This document shows positions 28,016-37,094 of a stretch of DNA of 64,000 nt, piece by piece (the first letter of the stretch is position 1; each line of letters begins with the position of its first letter). The notes under the pieces are model-generated. The model saw only the letters and a list, made by a program, of their open reading frames with translations, had not been told where the DNA came from and searched no databases. The stretch lies in contig PFBV01000002.1 of NCBI GenBank assembly GCA_002778465.1, forward strand, positions 2,312 to 66,311, written 5' to 3'. The stretch comes from Candidatus Magasanikbacteria bacterium CG10_big_fil_rev_8_21_14_0_10_36_32. Lineage in GTDB: Bacteria > Patescibacteriota > Patescibacteriia > Magasanikbacterales > GWA2-37-8. Both the position numbers and the translations under genes were made by a program.

Positions 28016-31000
28016 TTGATTTTGATATTTATGATGAAATGTCCGCGAAAAATTAGTCTGAAAATTTTAATGGCCTTATTTATCGTGTCAGGTTTTTTTG
28101 GCACGGCGATTTTTGGAGTGGAAAAAGCTCAGGCGCAATACGATAATCAAATCAATGCTTCGTTTTTATCTTGGCAGGCGCAGGGTGAAGCGGAAAAAGC
28201 CAAGGCCGAAGTTCAGTCAAATTTATTGAAGAATAAAAATTACATGGTGATGAATGCGGTTATTAATGCCATGAGTTATTTTGCCAATAAAATTTCTTAT
28301 GATATGGCTGTTTGGCTGGCATCGGGTGGAAAAGGACAAGCGCCGTTTTCAAGTACTTCCGGATTTTTTAAATATTTAGGGCAAGTAACCGGAGATTCTC
28401 TCGGTGAATCGCTTGGTTCATTGGGTGAGAGTCTTGGTTTAAATATCTGCGATTTGCCGGATCCGCGGCTGGACTTGGCGCTTCAATTAGGTTTAAATTT
28501 TCATTATGCTGAACCGACACCGAAATGTTCCTGGCAGGATTTAAAAAAAGCTTACAGCGTGGAAAATTTTAAAAGTAAATATCTGAGTCAGGAAGGAACC
28601 ATTGGAAGGTTGTCCGCTTCAGTGACGGTTAAAGATACTGATTTTGGCATTTGGACTGACGCTCGCGCTAAGATTGACGGCATAGCTGTTCAAAAAGAAA
28701 ATGCCGCCCAAGCTGATCGTGAAGAAGGAAGCGGTATGAAAGCTGTAACCGATTTAATTTCCGGACAAGTTAAAACGCCGGCCGTGGTAGTGAAAGACAC
28801 GATGATGAAACAGTCGGCTGACAGTAAAATGACAAAAGAGGAAGCAAAAAAGACCGGTGAGGTTTGGGGAGCTTTCGGCGCGGGCGCTACTCAAGTCGCG
28901 TATAAAGCGGCCAGCACTTTTATCAGTACCATGCTTGGTACGGTGCTTAAGAATTTTATGGAGGGTGGTATGTTGCCGGGAGGACACAAAGTTTGTAATC
29001 CGGGTTTGACATTGACCGGTGTTAATTTGGAACCGTGTTCCAGTGATTCTTCAGGCGGCAATAATTTAGCTGATAATTATTACGCTGACGCCAGAAATAC
29101 TGATAATCGTGCCGCCGCTCAAGCTATGTTTAGCCAATTGTTGATACCCCAAATAAAAACTCTGGATAATTATAATTTGATTGCCAGTTTGGCGGAATGT
29201 TCACCTGAAAATTTATCGCCGGACAGTTGTGTGGTAGATCAATCGTTTTTACAAATTTTACAGTCAGCCGATAATGGAGAATCTTTAACTGTTAAACAGG
29301 CGATGGAAAAAGGCTGGCTACACGGAGATTGGAAAATGATTTCATCGCTTGATAAAGCCGCTTCGCAAAAACAAGATTGTTCCCAGAGCGCTTATTGTCA
29401 GCGTAATATGACATTTTTGCGTCAAGCCAGAATTTTGTCGGTTGGTTTTGAATTTGCCGCGCTTTTATCGCCGGTAAATAATCCGGTTAGCTTAAAAGAA
29501 GTAGTAGACAATTTTTATACCGTTGGCAGTCCTTATTATCATTTGATTAATCCGCATTGGGTTATTAAATTGCCAAAAATTCGCTGTAAAGCTTTTACTT
29601 TCAGTTCTATCGCTCAAAATGGCGCGCGATTGGAAGAATGTTCTGATTTGCAACATTGTGTTGGTTACAATAAAGACGGTTCTTGTCAGACTTGGGGTTA
29701 TTGTATGAAAGAACGTCCAATTTGGAAATTTAATGCCAATTACTGTGATTCGCAATATAGCACTTGTCGAGCATTTACTGATTCTGATGGAAATAGCGTC
29801 GGATATTTGGTTAGAACGTTGGATACCAGTTTTTGCGGAGAAGATACAGATGGTTGCCGTCGTTATTCGGCCGGTAAAGTTTATGCCAGCGCTACTAATT
29901 CCGTTTGGTTGCCGGAAGAAATAAAATATAATACCGTTTCTAATTATTTTTACAATTCCAGTTTATATTTTAATAAAAAACTAACCAGCTGTGACGCTAA
30001 AGATGACGGTTGTTCGGCTTTTAAATTAGCTTCTAAAACTGATACTTTATTATATTTGCGCAAAGCGCCGGATTATCTCGGTTGTTATGATGCTGATTTA
30101 AAATCAGTTCCGGCTAAATTATATGATGGAATTGCTTGGCCGAAAAATTTAACCGAATTAAGTTTGGTTACTCCGCAAAATACTGAAGCTTGTAAAAATT
30201 ATGCTCAGGTTTGTTTGCCTGAAGAAGAAAATTGCAATCTCTACACTTCTGTTTTAAATCAGGAAGCAATACCTGGTAAATTTAAACCGGCTGAAATAGT
30301 TTCCATGACCGCCGGTCAGCAATTAGTTTGGAATGATCAGTGCGATGCTTCTTGTGTCGGTTATGCCGCTTATAAAGAAATGCCAAGCAGTTATACTAAT
30401 GGAGAAAATTTGGCATATATTATTCCTTCATCCGGAAACACCTGCACATCTTATGATGCAGGTTGTTCAGCTTTTACGAATTTGAGCACCACTAATCCGT
30501 CAGGTATGGAACAAACTGAATATTTTTCTTATTTGCGTTCCTGTATTTTGCCGGATCAAACAAAACAAAAAACTTTTTATCTTTATGAAAGTTCAGAATC
30601 AGGCGGATATAAACTGCAAACTTTTGTTTTAGAAAAAGACGCTACTGGCGCGCCAAAACAAATTTGGCGAGATATATCTGAAATTGATTCATTTGGTGAT
30701 TGTGATTCAACCAGTTATGCCGCCGGAACGGCTGATCCGGATTGTCATCAGTTTAATGACGATGGTGGAAATATTTATTATAAATATCTTTCAAAAACAA
30801 TTTTAGTATCGGAAAATTGCAATCCTTATCGTTTGAACAATACCGAGTTGGTTGATGGACAATGTCCGTTTGATTTTGACGGTTTTGGCAATCGTGTTGG
30901 TAATGCGGTGGAGAAAATCAATGAGGCTTGTTATTATTATGGTTTGCCGGTAGGAGATACCAGGGGAGCAGGGGAAACAAAAGTTTGTTCAGCCGCGACT

Positions 31001-34000
31001 AATTCATGCCGCGCCTACAAGGGTAATGCCGGCAATAATGTGCGGGTGGTTTTTCAAGATAATTTTGAAAATGAAGAAATAGGCGATTGGTCTGGAGGTT
31101 TGGGCGGCAGTTTGGAAATTTCCTTGGAATCAAATCAAATTAATGGCCATTCATTAAAGAATTTTGGTCAAGATGGTTTTTATCGTCAGAATGTTGAGGT
31201 TGCAGAAGGTAAGAGTTATGTTTTAACTTTTTGGGCCAAAGGTAATGCTATTATTTTTCCTTCTTTTCAAGATGAAGGAGTTTATAAATTAAGTTTTGGT
31301 GATGCGGTTAGCTTGACTGATGTTTGGCATTATTATTCTTTCGGACCGTTAGAATTTAATCAATCAGTTACCAGTACATATTTAAATTTTAATATTTCAG
31401 GTACGGGATTAAAAAATGTTTTTATAGACAATATAAAATTAATGGAAATTACCGATTACCTGTATTTGGTTAAAAACAGTTTAAGTGTTAATCAGATTTG
31501 TGATAGTAATTTGGAAGATAATATGCCGGGTGAGGCGTTGGGTTGCACGGCCTATAAAGATCCATTAAATAATATATATAATTTAACCAATTTCAGTTAT
31601 CTTTGTCGTGAAGCGGCGGTTGGTTGTACTGCTGTGTTGGATACATATAATACTTTGAATACTGCCGAACCGCGTACTTATAATGTGTGGCTTTATGGCG
31701 AGATGATAAATTTAGATGGTCGGAGCGCTGAGGTGGTAATCGGTGGAAAAACTTTTTCATGTATTGTGCCGACAGGAGCGAAAGGTTGTTATGTTGATAT
31801 TTTTGGACCGACTTTGGCGCAAATAGTAAGTGTTAGTGTTCCTGGTATTTTAACTTCTTCCACTATTTATATTCCGGGAGATACGCCAACCAGTTCACCG
31901 ATTTATTTGGTGGCCAACAAATCGGCAACTTGTAAATCTGAAAATATCGGTTGTCGATCGGTTGGAAAAGGCACTGTCACCAGAGATGGAGTATTGAATC
32001 CTTTGTCCAGTGAATATGAAGATGTGGCGGTTAAAAATGATCCGGCGCTGTTTGATGATGTTTTGTGCGGCAGTGAATCGGTAGGTTGCCGCGGTTACAC
32101 ATCCGGTGACAGCAAATATTATTTTAAAGATCCGAAAATTATCGGCCAACGCGTTTGTGCTTATATGTCCGCTAAAAATGATAGTGGCTTGCCGATTATG
32201 GGTTGGTATTGGAAAGATAATAAAATGTGTGGCGATTCATCCGGATTTTGTTCATCAGATGCCGATTGCGCCGCCGGAGTTAAATGTCAAAATGTTCCGT
32301 GTTATCCTCTTTATTATAAATTTAATGAAACACAAGGCGCTATTGAATGGGGATTGTGGTCTTTTGGCAGTACTCAGTATAAAGGTTTTGTGGGACAATG
32401 TCCTGAAGAACAAAACGGTTGTACTGAATTTATAGATCGTGCCAGCAGCGCTCAGGTTTCTGGTAAAAAATGCGCTTTCACTGGCAAAAAATGTGAACTA
32501 AATAGTGATTGCAATGAAGAAGAAAATGATTATTGTAAAGAAAATGTTTCTGGCACTTATTATCTTTTAAATGATGGAGTTTTGGCTGAAACAAAAAATA
32601 AATGTAATGGCATGGTCAGTCAAGCCGAAGGTTGTATTTTGCTTGATCAAACGGACAAGCCGAATAAATATTGGAATACCACTTCAACCTATGAAGTTTC
32701 CCAATCCGCTCAAGATGCTTTTGTTGTGCCAGTAGATAAAGCCGAATTAAACGATGCCAATATAATTTTAAAAGTTACCCACGACAGAGAATGCGCTGAA
32801 TGGGGATATTGCGATTTAAAACAAGATTATAAAGATGAAGATACTGGTGAAACAACTTCTCGTTGTTATCATTTGGGTGTTTGTCAAAAAGCGACCGGTT
32901 CTTCAATTTTTAACAAAGAATGTTTGGTGCCGGTTACTCAATGGGATGATAAAAATCAGGAACTCTCATTGGCTCATTATAATTCCCGTGAAGCTTATTG
33001 GGATTCTTTGGATTACTCCGGTTATTCAGTGCCATGGCTTTACTCAATTGCTGATTTAACCGCTCGTCCGTTGGCTGGTGATAATTTTCATTTGGTTCAT
33101 GTTGATTACAGTGAAGATGCGGCGGGAGATTGTAATGGCAGCGCCGACAATGGAGATGTTTGCGGTTTGGATGATACGGGAAAGTGTTTTAACGGAGAAT
33201 GTTTGCATTCACCAAATAATTATTCCTCTTTGACTAACCATTTAACATTGTTAAATTGTCGTGGTAACGCCGAAGATTCCAGTCCGTTTCCATCATCTGT
33301 TTTGACTGATGAAAGCGCCAGTTTAGATTATAAAATATTTAAATCAGGATTTGAGAGTGTTAATTTATGTTATGATAAATCCGGCAGTGTGGTAAATTGT
33401 GATTGCAGTTATAAAAAATTAAGAACTTCAGCTGGTGATGTTTATACCCCGTCCAATCAGTCAGTTGGCAGTTCATATGTTTGTAGTGGTGGAACAAAAC
33501 AAGGTAAATTCTGTAATGGAAAAGATGATATCACCACTTGCGGCAGCGATGGTATTTGCGGCGTTATTCAAACATTGAGCGCAATGAACGGCTGGCAGGG
33601 ATATTGTTTGGAACGTGATACGCGACAGTTTATCAATGGCACTGAAACCGGAAATTGTTTGACTTGGTGGCCGATTGAAGTTCCGCCGGGGACTACTAAT
33701 ATTTGGGATATTGACGATTCAGCTGGTTATCAAATTGCTGAAGGAAAACAAGACAGGTTTATGTGTTTGGTTAATGAGCCGGTTATTAACGATCCTGAAA
33801 TAATGATGCATATATTATTATATGGGAGTCATGTTTCCGCAGCCAATGATTATAATATTCAGCAATTACCCAAATCTTATAAAATACAAACCGCCGGTCT
33901 TGACCATAGTTTTAAAATAACCGATTTGCCGCCCAATGCGGCTGTATCTGGTTGTTCGGACAATAATGCGGATGATGATTTTTATGACCCGTTACCTGGA

Positions 34001-36127
34001 ACGCCCAGTAATAATGTATATAATTATCAGATATATGACTATGATAGCAATAAAAATTCAAAAGGAAAGTTTTGTCCAATAAACAGAGAAACTTTGCGCA
34101 AGGATGGCGATACAATGCGAATGTGTGCGAATCCAACTTGGGATGATGATAATCAAACCTATTCTGAATGTCCGCCGTCGGGTATTCTCGCTGCCGATGG
34201 TACGCGTTGGGTAAATAACAACTATGAAAATAAATATTTCCATCGCAATGAAATAGAAAGAATTGATATTGTTTTTGATAGAATAGGCGATGATCAATAT
34301 GCTGATGGATATATTAGTTTTATAACAGACAGTATTAACGCTGTTGAAGGTCATGCTTTTGATACGGAAGAACATTTTTTAAATAAAGAAGGAGAAAGCG
34401 CGACTAAGGGCGTGGTTGATAATTATGAAATGAGATGTCCGGATTGGAATAGTATTGAAGATGGATTGGGAAATTTAAGAGCTTGGGAATGGCGCGGTGG
34501 AGTAGGTGTTCCATCGTGGACTTTGCCTGATGCGGATGATACAACATTAAGTAAAATGCAAGTTCTCGCTCAGGGTGTTTGTGAAGATTTATACAGAGAA
34601 GTTCAAGTTAAATCAAGTGAAGTAAATCAGAAAAATTTGGCTATAAGAGTGGTTTGGGATGGAGATTATCATTTACGCGGTATTTGGGTAAATTTGGAAA
34701 ATACGGGGTCGGCTGATGTAAACGCTGGATTCTTTTTCGTAATCCATTTTAATGATGGCCGTTGTGAAAAATTTGCCAAAGTTGCCACCGATACTGCTTC
34801 AAAAGATTTTGCTTTTAAACCATTCACTAATAATTTAGCGACAGGCAAAACAATCAATATGGGTTCCGCGCCGGTTGGTATTACTTTAACTGACAGAGTT
34901 TCTAATTTAAACGGTGGAAATTACGGATTAGCTTGGGGCGAGGGAGAATATTTAGAACCGCCAAGCGCCAGTGTTAAAGAAGCCTTTGTAAATCCGTTTA
35001 TACCATGGCCCAATACGCATCTTTTTATTGATACTGTGATTTTTTCACAGGGCGGCGATTATTTAAAAAATTATGAAATGACCAATTTTAAAGCCGGCGT
35101 GCCGTTGGTTTGGGCAAGATACGGATTGGCAAAATATGAAGACGGAGGTATTTATGATGGACCTGATTATACAACATTTAATAGTGAGATTTTTGATGTT
35201 TCAACTGTAGATATGCCGTGGGAAATTATGTTGGAAAATATGTACGCCAAAGTTTTTGGACAGTATGAGCAAAGTTACAGTGGTGGTATGCCGACTGAAT
35301 TTACATTATTATCCGGCACGGAATTAGATATGGCAAATTCTGCTAACGCTATCAAAAGCGGATTAAAAATTTATCCGCCTCATGTGGCCGCGCCGATTAT
35401 CGGTTCAACCGGAGATGATTGGCAGTTGGATGCCATATCCGTTAATGACAGGGTGTCCGGTGATATTTATTTAGTCAGCGGTTCGCAGGTGCATATTAAA
35501 TTTTATGCTTGGGCTCATGGTAATCAAATGCCATTGAGAAAAATCTGGGTTGATAAAGGTGATGGAATTAAAATCAGCAATGATAGTGTCAGTTTTGGCA
35601 ACCGCAAATTTAAATGCGCCGAAGGCACTTGTGGCGCCACTGCTGGCGGCTGGCAATTTCCTTGTGAAAATAATGATGATTGTGCGCCATTGTATAGTGA
35701 TTCAATCACGGACGATTCTACTGCCTGTTATTATCCGGCTGCATATGACCATCGTAAGTTTGGTAATACCGGAGATACCGGTTGTCATGAAGGTCCGTAT
35801 GATTTTGTTACTGATTTTAATTGTCCTTACGGCGATTTGACGCATTGGCCTGTTAGTTGGTTGGAACCGGAAGAACAGGCTTATATTCAAAGTCAATTTG
35901 GAGATATTAGTTATGTTTGTATGGTACAACCAAAAGTCCAAGTGACTGATAATTGGGGTTGGTGTAATGGAACTTGTAAAACTACTTATGCTGGAGGTGG
36001 TTCTAATATTGAGGGTGATGGTTGTTATGAAGATTATAGTGGGAAAGATTGTTCAACCGACGAATATGGCAATAACAAAGCTTGGACTAAATATAACGGA
36101 AGATTAATCATTATTCCAACACAATAA
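28016..36127 (+). CDS. giant (2,703 aa) secreted/anchored cysteine-rich protein with a recurrent C-x(3-6)-[DN]-G-C-[STR]-x-[FY] motif
   Basis: N-terminal signal anchor. At least 14 copies of the motif (e.g. DTDGCRRYS, KDDGCSAFKL, YDAGCSAFTNL, LGCTAYKDP, VGCTAVLDTY, IGCRSVGKG, VGCRGYTSG, NGCTEFIDR). No catalytic signature recognised. Confidence 0.7.
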   Translation: MILIFMMKCPRKISLKILMALFIVSGFFGTAIFGVEKAQAQYDNQINASFLSWQAQGEAEKAKAEVQSNLLKNKNYMVMNAVINAMSYFANKISYDMAVWLASGGKGQAPFSSTSGFFKYLGQVTGDSLGESLGSLGESLGLNICDLPDPRLDLALQLGLNFHYAEPTPKCSWQDLKKAYSVENFKSKYLSQEGTIGRLSASVTVKDTDFGIWTDARAKIDGIAVQKENAAQADREEGSGMKAVTDLISGQVKTPAVVVKDTMMKQSADSKMTKEEAKKTGEVWGAFGAGATQVAYKAASTFISTMLGTVLKNFMEGGMLPGGHKVCNPGLTLTGVNLEPCSSDSSGGNNLADNYYADARNTDNRAAAQAMFSQLLIPQIKTLDNYNLIASLAECSPENLSPDSCVVDQSFLQILQSADNGESLTVKQAMEKGWLHGDWKMISSLDKAASQKQDCSQSAYCQRNMTFLRQARILSVGFEFAALLSPVNNPVSLKEVVDNFYTVGSPYYHLINPHWVIKLPKIRCKAFTFSSIAQNGARLEECSDLQHCVGYNKDGSCQTWGYCMKERPIWKFNANYCDSQYSTCRAFTDSDGNSVGYLVRTLDTSFCGEDTDGCRRYSAGKVYASATNSVWLPEEIKYNTVSNYFYNSSLYFNKKLTSCDAKDDGCSAFKLASKTDTLLYLRKAPDYLGCYDADLKSVPAKLYDGIAWPKNLTELSLVTPQNTEACKNYAQVCLPEEENCNLYTSVLNQEAIPGKFKPAEIVSMTAGQQLVWNDQCDASCVGYAAYKEMPSSYTNGENLAYIIPSSGNTCTSYDAGCSAFTNLSTTNPSGMEQTEYFSYLRSCILPDQTKQKTFYLYESSESGGYKLQTFVLEKDATGAPKQIWRDISEIDSFGDCDSTSYAAGTADPDCHQFNDDGGNIYYKYLSKTILVSENCNPYRLNNTELVDGQCPFDFDGFGNRVGNAVEKINEACYYYGLPVGDTRGAGETKVCSAATNSCRAYKGNAGNNVRVVFQDNFENEEIGDWSGGLGGSLEISLESNQINGHSLKNFGQDGFYRQNVEVAEGKSYVLTFWAKGNAIIFPSFQDEGVYKLSFGDAVSLTDVWHYYSFGPLEFNQSVTSTYLNFNISGTGLKNVFIDNIKLMEITDYLYLVKNSLSVNQICDSNLEDNMPGEALGCTAYKDPLNNIYNLTNFSYLCREAAVGCTAVLDTYNTLNTAEPRTYNVWLYGEMINLDGRSAEVVIGGKTFSCIVPTGAKGCYVDIFGPTLAQIVSVSVPGILTSSTIYIPGDTPTSSPIYLVANKSATCKSENIGCRSVGKGTVTRDGVLNPLSSEYEDVAVKNDPALFDDVLCGSESVGCRGYTSGDSKYYFKDPKIIGQRVCAYMSAKNDSGLPIMGWYWKDNKMCGDSSGFCSSDADCAAGVKCQNVPCYPLYYKFNETQGAIEWGLWSFGSTQYKGFVGQCPEEQNGCTEFIDRASSAQVSGKKCAFTGKKCELNSDCNEEENDYCKENVSGTYYLLNDGVLAETKNKCNGMVSQAEGCILLDQTDKPNKYWNTTSTYEVSQSAQDAFVVPVDKAELNDANIILKVTHDRECAEWGYCDLKQDYKDEDTGETTSRCYHLGVCQKATGSSIFNKECLVPVTQWDDKNQELSLAHYNSREAYWDSLDYSGYSVPWLYSIADLTARPLAGDNFHLVHVDYSEDAAGDCNGSADNGDVCGLDDTGKCFNGECLHSPNNYSSLTNHLTLLNCRGNAEDSSPFPSSVLTDESASLDYKIFKSGFESVNLCYDKSGSVVNCDCSYKKLRTSAGDVYTPSNQSVGSSYVCSGGTKQGKFCNGKDDITTCGSDGICGVIQTLSAMNGWQGYCLERDTRQFINGTETGNCLTWWPIEVPPGTTNIWDIDDSAGYQIAEGKQDRFMCLVNEPVINDPEIMMHILLYGSHVSAANDYNIQQLPKSYKIQTAGLDHSFKITDLPPNAAVSGCSDNNADDDFYDPLPGTPSNNVYNYQIYDYDSNKNSKGKFCPINRETLRKDGDTMRMCANPTWDDDNQTYSECPPSGILAADGTRWVNNNYENKYFHRNEIERIDIVFDRIGDDQYADGYISFITDSINAVEGHAFDTEEHFLNKEGESATKGVVDNYEMRCPDWNSIEDGLGNLRAWEWRGGVGVPSWTLPDADDTTLSKMQVLAQGVCEDLYREVQVKSSEVNQKNLAIRVVWDGDYHLRGIWVNLENTGSADVNAGFFFVIHFNDGRCEKFAKVATDTASKDFAFKPFTNNLATGKTINMGSAPVGITLTDRVSNLNGGNYGLAWGEGEYLEPPSASVKEAFVNPFIPWPNTHLFIDTVIFSQGGDYLKNYEMTNFKAGVPLVWARYGLAKYEDGGIYDGPDYTTFNSEIFDVSTVDMPWEIMLENMYAKVFGQYEQSYSGGMPTEFTLLSGTELDMANSANAIKSGLKIYPPHVAAPIIGSTGDDWQLDAISVNDRVSGDIYLVSGSQVHIKFYAWAHGNQMPLRKIWVDKGDGIKISNDSVSFGNRKFKCAEGTCGATAGGWQFPCENNDDCAPLYSDSITDDSTACYYPAAYDHRKFGNTGDTGCHEGPYDFVTDFNCPYGDLTHWPVSWLEPEEQAYIQSQFGDISYVCMVQPKVQVTDNWGWCNGTCKTTYAGGGSNIEGDGCYEDYSGKDCSTDEYGNNKAWTKYNGRLIIIPTQ

Positions 36128-36138
36128 AAAATAAATTA

Positions 36139-36178
36139 AAAAATCCCCCAACAATTTAGTTGGGGGATTTGTTTTTTT
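36139..36178. terminator. bidirectional rho-independent terminator between convergent genes
   Basis: AAAAATCCCCCAAC-AATTTA-GTTGGGGGATTT flanked by A-run and T-run. Confidence 0.7.
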
Positions 36179-36222
36179 AAAGGACAAACTTATCTGTGGA
36201 ACTCCACAGTTCTGAGATGACC

Positions 36223-36747
36223 TCAAGCGTAACCTGACTGAATCAGATTGCCATTGGATAGTATAGTCGCTATCAGCCAGCCGCAACTGCCGGTTTTTAC
36301 CAGTGGCAGATTCTTTCCTTGATAATCTCCCTTGAGAAAAGCGAGAGTGCCGTTTCCGGTAAAGTTTACCACGCACATATTTCCGATTTCCGGAGTGATT
36401 GTGACGGTCATCACCATGGTAGTTTCAGTGTTGTACCAGTCGCCGGCGATATGTGTCAGCTCATTGCAACTAGCAGGATCAATGAAAACCAGTTTGGACA
36501 ATTCCGTGTCCATCACACTGTTTTCCGGCTCGGTAATGATTGGCGGCAGATTGAGATCTGAATCGCCGTTCATTTCTGAATCGCCGTATTCATCCATCAA
36601 TTCGCCACCATCAATGTCTTCGTCATAAGGATAACATCCAGATGTTATAACGGCGAACAAGAGCATTACAGCAATGGCTATAATTGCAATGACAATTGTG
36701 GCAACCGCTCCTACTGTAACATGGGAATCATAATGTAAATTTCTCAC
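36223..36747 (-). CDS. membrane-anchored hypothetical protein; locally GC-richer gene
   Basis: N-terminal TM helix (VGAVATIVIAIIAIAVMLLFAVI), then an acidic segment. GC visibly above the flanks. Confidence 0.5.
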   Translation of the reverse strand: MRNLHYDSHVTVGAVATIVIAIIAIAVMLLFAVITSGCYPYDEDIDGGELMDEYGDSEMNGDSDLNLPPIITEPENSVMDTELSKLVFIDPASCNELTHIAGDWYNTETTMVMTVTITPEIGNMCVVNFTGNGTLAFLKGDYQGKNLPLVKTGSCGWLIATILSNGNLIQSGYA

Positions 36748-36960
36748 CGTTTCCTCCTTTTTGTTTCAGATTTTGGTCGTTTGAATATTCAAAGAACTTT
36801 AATAGTTTTAGCATATTTAAAGATTTTTGTCAATCTCGCATAAATTTAAAATAGCCTGTTAAAATAAATATTTTTAAAATGGAATTTTAAATGTTAAATT
36901 ATCTTAATTTTAGCCATCTTTAGCCTTTTTTTATGTGGATAACCAACGATTTTTTGTTGT

Positions 36961-36989
36961 TTGTTGTCTTCTTTAATTTATGGTATAAT
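36961..36989 (+). promoter_or_regulatory. candidate sigma70-type promoter with extended -10 (TTGTTG-N17-TGgTATAAT)
   Basis: TGGTATAAT at 36981-36989. About 100 nt upstream of the first gene of the T4SS-like cluster. Confidence 0.3.
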
Positions 36990-37094
36990 ATGAGTATTAA
37001 ATTAGCTGTAAAAAGGCTATAAGCGAACGAAGATGAGTGAAATAATCGTCGAGAAGGCGGATATTTCCAAGTCAAGAAGCTTATATTATTATAT

